The notes under the pieces are model-generated. The model worked only from the letters and a program-made list of their open reading frames with translations. It made no database searches and was not told where the DNA came from. A program made the position numbers and the translations under genes. Shown piece by piece: positions 50,014 through 64,000 of a stretch of 64,000 nucleotides of DNA (position 1 is the stretch's first letter; every line of letters begins with the position of its first letter). The DNA lies in assembly GCA_017499595.2 (NCBI GenBank), contig CM039008.1, positions 1,116,001 through 1,180,000 of the forward strand, written 5' to 3'. The DNA comes from Psilocybe cubensis. Lineage: Eukaryota.

Positions 50014-53000
50014 ATGTGAGTGGTTCTCTGGCTGAATGGGCGCTAATTATACTGACTGGAAGTAGGGCGTCTGTATCAGTGGTCTCTCCGGAGATCGCAC
50101 AGGCGAGTCTGCACATATCTATTCCATGGCAGCGGCATGTGTACGCAGTGCCGTTTCTGTGTCTGTACCCGCTGCTGGCGTATACGTACTTTGTGAAATA
50201 CGACGAGTGGATTGTGTCTGAAGAATGGACATTTGTGTACTGCGTCTCTCTGGGCGCCTCTCATGCGCTCAGCTTCCTCGTCACTAGGTGGAACGCAGGC
50301 GCCCGTGCATGGATCACCACACACCGCGCACCTTCCCTCGAGCAGGCTGACTGCATCCGCATCGTGCCCCACCAGCACCGCGGCCAGGGCGAGATTGTGC
50401 CTCTGCTCAAAAAGATCCCCTCTGACCCATCCTCGTACACATTCAGCTACCAGCGCGATACCTACTCGCTCTCCTCGCTCAACCCGCCCACCTTTGCCCG
50501 TCTCGCATACCCCTCCTCTGCCCAGCCAGCTCTCGCCTCCTTCCTCAACCCACCACCAAGGGGTCTTACAAATAAGCAGCTAGCAGACCTCGAGAGTCTC
50601 TATGGCTGGAACGAGTTCAACATCCCCATTCCCAGCTTCACAGAGCTCTTTGGCGAGCATGCCACCGCCCCCTTTTTCGTCTTCCAGATCTTCTGCGTCG
50701 CCCTCTGGTGTCTCGACGAGTACTGGTACTACTCTCTTTTCACCCTCTTCATGCTCATCGTCTTTGAATGCACCGTCGTATGGCAGGTACGCACGAAACC
50801 TCCCTACCCAGGGTCACACTGACTTATTTTTTTTCCATCATAGCGCGTTCGCACCCTGACAGAGTTCCGCACCATGTCCGTCGCGCCGTATCCCATCCAA
50901 TGCTTCCGCAACGGCAAATGGCAGACCGTCCAGACAGACAAGCTGCTTCCAGGCGATATCGTCTCCGTTGGTGCGTCCCCCTGATTGACCTCATCCCAAC
51001 CCCATTCTGACCTTTCCTCTCACAGCCCGCCAGTCAACAGAAACCACCGTACCAGCCGACATCCTCCTCCTCAATGGCACCGCCATCGTCAACGAAGCAA
51101 TGCTCTCCGGTGAATCTACCCCCCTCCTCAAAGAATCCATCCAGCTCCTCGAGGGCGCCGAGCGCCTCGACGCAGACGGCGCACACAAAGGCGCCGTCCT
51201 CTTCAGCGGAACCAAGATTCTCCAAGCAGGGCAATCCAGTGCGTTTCTTTTCACGCTTCTCACGCCCATGCTAACGCGCACATAGCTGAGATCCCCTCGC
51301 CCCTCGCAACCCCCGACGGCGGCTGCCTCGGCAGCGTCCTGCGCACAGGCTTCGGCACTGCACAAGGCCAGCTCGTGCGCACCATGATCTTCTCCACCGA
51401 GCGTGTCTCTGCGAACAACCTCGAGAGCTTCCTCTTCATCGGCTTCCTCCTCATCTTCGCCGTCGCTGCCAGCTGGTATGTCTGGGTCAAAGGTGCGTTT
51501 ATCTCTTATCTCTCTCTCCTTGAACTGCTATTCAAAGTATGGGATCGTAAGGTATTGAACGCGATCTTAAGAAGTCAAAGCTTTTGTTGGACTGTATCCT
51601 CATCATCACGAGCGTCGTACCACCCGAACTGCCCATGGAACTCTCTCTCGCGGTCAACGCCAGCCTCGTCGCGCTAAGCAAGTTCGGTATGTGTCCTCTC
51701 ACCTTTTCTCATTCCACAATCACATACTAACTGCAACTACAAGCTATATTCTGTACGGAGCCGTTCCGCATCCCGTTCGCAGGCCGCGTCGACGTGTGCT
51801 GCTTTGACAAGACGGGAACAATCACAGCTGAGAACCTCGTTTTGGAAGGTGTAGCCGGTGTAGAGTACGTGCTCTTCTCCCTCTAACCGTCCAACTTCGA
51901 TATATACTAATCCAAACACCTACCCACCCAACCTCACCCTGCTGCCTACCGCCCGTTTCCTTCTCCCCATCCACTTTTAACAGCCCGGCAAACCCACGCC
52001 ACCTCGTCCCCGTCACACCCTCCTCCCCCTCCACCGCTTTGACCACAACCTCGACGACCCTCTCGCGAGCAACGACACTTACACTCGCTGCTGCCCATGC
52101 GCTCGTGCGGCTCGACGACGGAACAATTGTAGGTGACCCGATGGAAAAGACGACGCTGGACGCGATGGGATGGGGGCTGGGCAAGGGGGATGTGGTGTTG
52201 GCGCCTGTTCCTGGGTCTGTAGCTGGGGGGTCAAAACATGGCAAGAAGGATGGCAAGGATAAGGATGGTAAGGATAACGAGAAAGACAACGAGAAGGAGA
52301 AGCCTGCACCCGAAATGCGGCCCGCTCTCCAGATCAAACGCAGATTCCAGTTCTCATCCGCGCTGAAGCGCATGAGCACCATCGCACTACTCCCTCCCTC
52401 TTCCTCCTCCTCCCACGGACACGGACAGCTAGTAGCAGCAGTGAAAGGCGCGCCGGAGACGATCAAGGGTATGTTGAGAGATGTACCGCGCGACTATGAT
52501 GAGACGTATAAGTGGTATACGCGTCAGGGGAGTCGGGTGCTTGCGCTTGCGATGAAGGAGGTTGAGTGGATGGGGTTGGATCGGGTGGGTTGTTTTTTCT
52601 TTCTTTCTTTTTTCCTTTGGTTTTTTTGGTTTCTTTTTTTTCTTTGTTTTGTGCTTTTGTTTGGGTTTGGGGGACCTTGTGTATATATGCGCGCAGACGC
52701 AGACGGAGATCGCACAGGCGCCCGTGTCTGCCAAGACTTATCCTTTTACGTAACCCATCCTTCGACTTCTTCCTCTCTTCCCTAACCTGGCCAAAGGCAA
52801 AATGCTTACAGAATATCCTCGTCACAGATCAACAAGCTGCACCGCGCGGACGTCGAGAGCGATCTCGTATTCGCTGGATTCCTCGTGTTCCACTGTCCTC
52901 TTAAGAGCGATGCAGTTGAGACACTCAAGATGCTCGCGGACTCGTCGCATCGCGTACGTCCTTTTCTCTTTTTAAAACACAAGTGAATGCGATGGGCTTA

Positions 53001-55058
53001 TGGGGTTGTGTTTGTGTGTATGTGAATAGTGCGTGATGATCACTGGAGATAACCCGTTGACGGCTGTACACGTCGCGCGCGAAGTCGAGATTGTCGACCG
53101 CGACGCGCTCATCCTGGATCTAGCCGAAAACCCCAAACACGAAGCCGGTACGTACCTCCTCATCCACCCCTCAATTCACCCTCTAACATCTTCCTCCCTC
53201 CCTCCTACCAGACCTCGTCTGGCGCACGGTAGACGAAAGCAAGATCATCCCCGTCGACCCTTCATCGCCCATCGACCAGTCCCTGCTCGACACATACGAT
53301 ATCTGCATCACCGGCGCCGCAATGAAGCACTTCCCCTCCACCTCCCCCGCCTGGTCCCAACTCGTCCAACACACCTGGGTCTACGCGCGCGTCTCCCCCT
53401 CGCAAAAAGAACTCATCCTCACCACCCTCAAATCTTTGGGCTACATCACACTAATGGCAGGCGACGGGACAAACGACGTCGGCGCTCTGAAGCAGGCGCA
53501 TATCGGCGTCGCACTGCTAGATGGCACGGAGGAGGACCTGAAGAAGATCGCGGAGAGGCAGAGGCTAGAGAGGGTGAAGAAGGTGTATGAGCAGCAGTTG
53601 AGTATTAGTCAGAGGTTTGGGCAGCCCCCGCCGCCTGTGCCGCCTGCGATTGCGCATTTGATGCCGCAGGCGGTTGTGGCGCAGCAGGAGGCGGCGAAGA
53701 AGTACGGTGAGAAGAGGCAGAAGAACGCATTGGAGAAGGTGCGTCGTCGTCGTCGTCGTTATCATTTCTGTCTTGCTTATGCTTACGTATGGATATATTT
53801 TACTGGGACTAGTTCGACCTCGCAGCGATCACGGACAAAATGGCGGATATGGAAGGCGACGAGGAGGTGCCGAAGATCAAGCTTGGGGACGCATCGTGCG
53901 CGGCGCCGTTCACATCCAAGCTCTCGCACGTCGCCGCCATCACACACATCATCCGCCAGGGCCGCTGCACGCTCGTGGCGACGACGCAGATGTACAAGAT
54001 CCTCGCGCTCAACTGTCTCATCACCGCGTATAGTCTGTCGGTGCAGTACCTGGACGGTATCAAGTTTGGCGATTATCAGGTTACGATCACGGGGATGCTT
54101 ATGTCGGTTTGCTTTTTGTGCATTTCGCGCGCCAAGGTGCGTGTTTTTTTCTTCTTTTTGCTTCGAGTGGAATCTTTTGGGGGTCGAATTATTGACTGAT
54201 GGACTTTTTTTTCGAAAAGCCGGTTGAGAAATTGTCGCGCGAGCGCCCGCTTGGAAATATCTTCAACTTCTACGTTCTCCTCTCCGTCCTCCTCCAATTC
54301 GCGCTCCACATCGTCACGCTCGTGTACATCACCAGGCTCTCGCATGTCTACGAGCCGTGCGTTTCCAATTTCCTTAAAAATCTTTGGTTGTATGACTGAT
54401 GTAATGTCTATCGATACAGACGCACGGGGCCTATTGACCTCGAAGCCAAGTTCGAGCCTAGCCTTTTGAACACTGCCATCTACCTCCTCGGTCTCTCACA
54501 GCAAGTGTCAACATTCACGATCAACTTCCAGGTGCGTTTGTTTGTCTGCCTGCTCGCCTAAACATATGCATTTTTTATATATCTAACGTGCACATTTTTT
54601 TGTTCAATAGGGCCGTCCATTCCGCGAAGGGATTAGCGAGAATAAAGCGCTGTGGTACGGGCTCGTAGGCGCGTCGTTCGTCGCGTTCTCTGGCGCGCTG
54701 GATTTAATGCCCGAGATGAACCGATGGCTTCAAATCGTCGAGATGCAAAATTCCGTAAGTACCCCCCATCCATCCATGCACACCGCATATAACTGGTAAT
54801 AAAACAACAACTAACGCTTTCACCCAGTTCAAAATGCGGCTGACGACGTCGATGCTGGTGGACTTTATCGGGTGCTACATCATCGAGGTCATCTGCAAGT
54901 ACCTCTTCGCGGACCTCGAGCCGAAGCCGATGATCACGCGCGGGCGCGAGCGCCGCGAGGCGAGGCGCGCGCTTGAGGAGCAGGAGAAGGCAAAGGCCGA
55001 GATGGAGGCGCTCAGCGCGTTGGAGGTGAACGGCGTGATCAAAGTCAAAGCGCAGTGA
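50014..55058 (+). CDS. SPF1: P5A-type ATPase Spf1/ATP13A1 (ER transmembrane helix dislocase), spliced
   Basis: [52 protein letters not shown] phosphorylation site, [50 protein letters not shown]. Confidence 0.97.
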
Positions 55059-55624
55059 GCTGTGCTAGCCTTGATCAGTGAGTCAGTGAGCCAGTGAACC
55101 GATCGCGAACGCACTCGCGTTATCTTGGTTGAATTAGATGCTAAAAACACATAGTACATAATATGCAATAGGCTAGAAAAAAGGATGTCGAGATTCGAAG
55201 TAGAACATGGGGCAGATGGCTATTCTTTCCTATCGTTGTCGTTGTTGTTATTTTTTCTAATTAGTAGTTTGTAGTTACCTGGTTACTTTACTGACGCTCC
55301 TGTGCTTCAGTAAGGAGCGCTGGAGACGCGTTTTTTTGTTTTCTGGACTCGCTTTTTCTATACGCGCTTATACATATAATTATTCTCTCCATGTTTCCTT
55401 TCGAGTTTTCACAAAAATTTGGGTGGGTTCCAATGACTAGAGGTGGCAGTCAAACTGCGACAATCAGCTGTTGGTTGTCCTGGTAGCAAGTACACCGCTA
55501 ATCGCGCCCAACGCCCGAAAACTTTCAAACCCTTTTATTATGTGTGTTTGTGTGCGTGCGTCGCTCGATACAAAGCAATATGAGAATATGCTACAACTAC
55601 ATGCTTTTCTCTTGTTTATACACC

Positions 55625-58961
<3,337 letters not shown>

Positions 58962-60678
58962 CACCTCGCAAAATTGGAAGAAATCAACTGGTTGAGGGGT
59001 AACTATCCGTTAAACAAAACGTCGGATTATATATCTCTTGACGCTGCAATGGGTCCGGCGAATATAGAAAATGGAGCTCATAGCTTGTGTATTCTAAAAT
59101 TGCATCCGGGGACAAGACGTATGTGACAGCTGCGAAGTGGGCGGGTAGTGCTCGGAGGCAATGTAGCTCGTGATCATTTCGTTGCTGTTCCATTCTTCTT
59201 GCCCGGATAAATTCCTCAAAACCACATCGAATGCGAATAACTCTGAGTGCGATGCCCTAATTTTATGGTGCCCAATTGCGCATTGGTGGTCGGCTATCCC
59301 ATGGTAAATGACGTGGCGGGCCCTGTAGCATGCCTATCCGAAGAAGAACCGTGATATAGCCTGAAGGGTGATTTAGTTGTACAACAGAAACTCAATTTGG
59401 AGCAGTTCGAAAGAAGCCTCCCAAAATTTTAGAGACAGCGCATAGTTGGGATGCAAGCGAGTGGGCAGGATCGTGAGGCTCCGATGAAAGCTTCCAATCA
59501 TGGGACGAGCTTTACCAGGCTTTACCAAGAAAGTTACTCCGACCGCTGATGCGTGATCTGGACTGCTCAAGCGGGGTATGTTCCTGAGGGGCTCGACAGG
59601 TATGGGGTAAGAGGCGTTTAATGGGAGTAATGAGAAACATGGATGCATATGGGCAGGACGCGCCCGGCGGAAACACTTGCTATGCAACTCTCTTTCATAG
59701 ACGAGAATGCCGAATAAATTGTGCTGCAATATACGGAGTCAGTAGAGTAGCAAATGAACACTTGTACATGTACATGTACAACATCAGACGAAAACCCCGC
59801 TTTGCCCATGATAGACACCGTTAAAGATAGTGTGTGTAGAGGAGTCTTGCACGACCCGTAGGCATTTCCCGAGTGGTAAATCATTACTTCCATACGACGG
59901 CTGCCCTCTCAGTAATTTCTGGGGTGAGGCAACAAACGGCATAACAGTGGTCGACATAATACGATGCATATATGGCCACAGCTGTCCCTGACCCAAGTGG
60001 TCCCGGTGCCGACGGCGAAACATGAGCAAGGTTTAGATTTTAAACTTGCTGATAAATGCGGTACTATGAATACTGGTGGGGTTGAGTAGAGGGGTGTCCG
60101 ATATAGCCAAGGGCAGCAGAGGAGAGATTCCGGGCCATGGTGCAGTCTTAAGCTCTCTCGGCAACATTCCGATGATGACCCAGAACGGATTCGTGCATAA
60201 ACGATGGGTTTATTTGGTCGCTCTGAATACTTGTGAGGGTTCGATGCGACTTATGTTCCTGGAACTTGACTGACTGCTATTAGTTGTTGAAGAAGAAGAG
60301 AAAAGAGTTTTAGGCTTTCGAATGAGCTGTGTTTGGACATGCTTGGCAAGGGCATCTGATTACGATCCATGGCCTGGTCACCCATGTTTGTTTCGAAACA
60401 ACACCACCCGGTTCGGTGTTGACGACAACGACGACGGCGCCAGTTCCTTTTGCTTTGCGGGCCCGCTTTTAACTGGGTGTGGTCTCAACAAGCCCATAAT
60501 TCTCCCAACGCGGTCAGAACGCGTCCTTCTTGCATAATACTTTCTCTCCCTTTTCCAGGTCTTTCATCCTACGTTTCCTTTGCATTCCCTCTCTCTACCT
60601 CCCCTCACCACATCCAAGAACTCGGGACCACGCGTTTTGGTATCCGAATATATCATATCCGCTGAGATCAAGTGGATC

Positions 60679-61578
60679 ATGTCTGCCCAAGCGTCCTCTT
60701 CAACTACCACGCCCCCCGAAGCTGGCCCCAGCAACCAAAATCTCCAAACCACAGCTGAAAATAATGACGAGAAGAACAGGCAAGCAATTTTTTTTCTTCA
60801 ATCAGAAAGTAATTGACATTTGTCTTACAGTGTCGTGATCAAAGTAGGTATGGTGGGTGATTCACAGATCGGCAAGACGAGCTTGATGGTGAAATATGTG
60901 GAGGGCAGTTTCGATGAGGATTATATTCAGACGCTGGGCAAGTTTTAAATTTCTTCAAGTCAGGACCATTTAAAAATCAAGGAATCAGGCGTCAATTTTA
61001 TGGAAAAGACTATATCAGTTCGTCGAACGACAATTACCTTTTCGATATGGGATTTAGGAGGACAGAGAGAGTTTGTCAATATGTTGCCCCTCGTATGCAA
61101 TGACGCGGTTGCAATTCTCTTCATGTTCGACCTATCCCGGAAATCCACTCTTAATTCGGTGAAGGAATGGTATAGGCAAGCGCGCGGGTTTAACAAGGTA
61201 TGTACGGCATTTTAAATCCTGTGATTTGCGAAACATTCATTAGTCTAAACCAATCCTTCTTTAGACCGCTATACCCTTCCTAATTGGCACCAAGTTTGAT
61301 CAATTTGCTACATTTCCGCGGGACGAACAGGAAGAGATAACAAAACAGGTGGGACAATATATCCTCTACCTCGGTTCTCAATCTTGTCCTGACTCGTCCT
61401 CAAGGCAAAGAAGTTTGCACGTGCCATGCATGCATCCTTGATTTTCTGTTCAACATCCGCTTCAATAAACGTGCAGAAGATCTTCAAGATTGTTCTCGCG
61501 AAAGCCTTTGACCTTAAATGCGTGATCCCCGAGATTGAAGGCGTAGGAGAACCAATTCTGATATACGTTGATGTATGA
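60679..61578 (+). CDS. spg1: Septation/mitotic exit GTPase Spg1/Tem1, spliced
   Basis: [96 protein letters not shown]. Confidence 0.96.
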
Positions 61579-64000
61579 AGGGGTTATTGCTGATTTCACT
61601 GGGGCTTGTCTGGGAGGACGGTCCGTTGGGATCTTATTTGACACCGATGAGGAGGAAGAGACAAAAATTGAGGTACGTTTGGTCAATCAGTTGTGCGAAA
61701 CTTTTTGCAATGCTCACCAATTGCAGCCATCACTTTCAGAATCCAACTATCGAATTATATGTGGGACGCGGCACCTTCATTTCTATACAACAGCTGGAAA
61801 CCATACCCTTTCGTTTCTCAATGTTTGCCACTATTCACCCTCCCACCCACCTACAATGATACATCCTCTCTCAATCTGTTTTTATTTCCTTCATCGGTAT
61901 ATATATTCCCCCTGCATCGCCTACCCTCTATGCCTTTAATAGAATACCACTTCGTAGTACCTGTCGTTTTTTTTTCGTTTCATTCTCGTCGTTCGTGCTA
62001 TCGTATTCGTTGTGCAACACCATTCCTTCTCTCGTACACTATAATCCCTCATCACATATGCGCGATCGAATTCCCCCATGCCTCCTTTACAGGATTGTAT
62101 GTTGCAATCGCTCGACTTTTGATAGTCGCTTACACTCTTTCTTTGCGGAACTTGGTTTTATCGATTAAATACAACCTCTTTTCATATACTCCCTGCTTTC
62201 GTCACTTTGCACACGCTTTCCATGTTCTTGATCATGCTCTGTTGTGAAATTGACTGTACTCCTCCGAACAACGTTTGCAGATGAAAATACATGCACCCGA
62301 AATCTTGGGTTTGGTATAGGGGCTGTTAGATGGTGTTAGAACTGTGCCACGGAGAAATAATCCGCTGAAGTGCGCCGACGACGTAGATCCATGTTGTGGA
62401 TCATGACCACGCGACACCGAGTCTGCAGTCAGGCATATACCGACTGAAGTAATTAATTGATCGCTGTACTTACGTCCGTCAACGTCCGTGTTGGCAATTG
62501 CAAACGCGCTGTGCACAGTGTCATTGCCAACGACAGATTATTTTCGATCAGTCTCGTGCTGCAGTCCGAGATAATTCCATAAAAACATTTTTGTTGGCCC
62601 GTTCCAATAATAGACTATGTGCAGCAGAGGCTGCAATGTGCACTGCAACTCTATGAGGCTCTGATAACTCCTGCCTGACCAGAGATCCTTTAAAAGACCA
62701 TGTGGCTATTATGATCCATCCATGACACAATGACGACGCGACGCTGAAGATATCACGATAGTGCCCTGTGCCAGCTACGGGTCACAAGCGGCATTCGTTC
62801 TCCTCGGTTTACTTCACCGTATGACTATAGGAATAAGACAGGATTCTGGTCTTTGCTAGCTTAGAACTTCTCTAGATGAAATTATCAGCCATTCGGAGAA
62901 GGTTTGAAGACTTTTCGGTCTAAATGACTGCGCACATCGAACGCGTGATGACGCTATTGAGAAACACTCGAAACGGTCAACAAAGTATAAGTGTTATCAA
63001 TTGGCTCAAGATAATATTGCGATACGAGATAAGTGACGAACAGGAAAGCTCAACTTTTATTACAGGAAAGGGAACGACTGAGAGCAAAATGGCACAGAAA
63101 CGTGTCCATTATCCATTCGGCTCGTGCAGGTATTAGTACTAGCTTGAAACTCCTTGGTATTCCCGGTATGTGTGATGCTGAATTACAAGGTAAAGCTATT
63201 TCTGTGATTGTCCATTAATTTAGGCAACACTCCAATTTCAGGATTTAGCGCCATTGAGGATAACGAGAAGAAAATAGCAAGGATCTGTTTACTTGATATA
63301 GCGCGTCAATTTTTGCAACGATGCAAGTAACATGACGGTCCTTAGAGATCGAAAAGCAAGTAAAAATGGCAGGGTTCCATAGCATGCCGACAGACACTTC
63401 CTAAGTCTCATATTTCACGCCACGACACGAGGTTCTCGACACAGTGTACCGTATAAGAAATGATGAGGACTGTCTGAATCAGTGATGGAGACCATATTAT
63501 GATCACGACCTTGCAACACGTTTAATAGCGTAGATGAGTGGTGTACCCAGTTTCTCGTGTGATTGTCAAACAAGTACCCGAATCGCAACTTCCTATTCGA
63601 CGTCGACGGTGCAATTGATGAGATACGTCCTGATGCGTCGTTGCCCCGAGAGAAGCGTGTCATTCCGCTCGGATGGAGGTCAAAAGAATGAGAATAAGAA
63701 GGTATCCGGCCGCTTTGTAAGACTTAAGTCCTGAAGAAAAGAAGAATGATACTGTGTGAAATCAGCAGATATGGTTACTTCCCAGGTGATAAGGAATAGG
63801 ACAATGGTATCGTGTCTGAGATAATGGACTCTGGATGCCTTTTCAACAGACTTTACAGTAAAATGGCAGTTCGTATGACTTGGTCACCGGAATGCTTCGA
63901 GTCCATTGCATCCTACCAGAACTATATGGCACTTCAATGGGGCATAGTCATAGCCTTGAAGCTTGAGGATTGAGGCCTGAGGATTGAATTGAAGGAAAAG

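Noticed and set aside
58962..60100. SYGGRG (CreA/Cre1) sites upstream of cdh
   Set aside because: About five seen in 1.1 kb, close to the chance rate of roughly 1 per 256 bp on both strands.
63460..63510. C/D snoRNA-like ATGATGA...CTGA...GTGATG
   Set aside because: No terminal D box or closing stem at an appropriate distance.
61600..64000. Possible gene or pseudogene at the right end
   Set aside because: Only short ORFs without recognisable homology; the 184-aa ORF at 61693 looks like pyrimidine-rich 3' UTR sequence.

Overview
Eukaryotic DNA from an intron-rich fungus, most likely an agaricomycete basidiomycete (short ~50-nt introns, class I cellobiose dehydrogenase). Positions 1-2.5 kb are an AT-rich island of decayed DNA transposons: a Tc1/mariner 3' end, a 1.2-kb TIR element and a fold-back MITE with a 3-bp TSD, ending at a tRNA-Gly(TCC). 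About 16 spliced genes follow: UBX protein, myosin light chain Cdc4/Mlc1, a PAC1/Pba1-like proteasome chaperone, CSC1/OSCA channel, MARVEL-like protein, Ypk1/Gad8 kinase, myosin II heavy chain, Ppo/linoleate dioxygenase-P450 fusion, Ykt6, DUF985 cupin, a 4-TM protein, site-2 protease, Rpl38, P5A ATPase Spf1, cellobiose dehydrogenase and Spg1/Tem1 GTPase. There are three gene-poor stretches (35.3-38.5, 43.2-49.3 and 61.6-64 kb). I found no demonstrably new multi-gene system. The best leads are an intron-split start codon in SPF1, two consecutive GC-AG introns in spg1, a P450 domain lacking its heme cysteine in the Ppo enzyme, an A1:U72 tRNA-Gly at the TE/gene boundary, co-location of three cytokinesis genes, and unexplained duplicated or structured DNA at 44.6-48.2 kb. 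Gene spans run from start codon to stop codon including introns. All were assembled by eye, and family assignments come from remembered motifs, not database searches.
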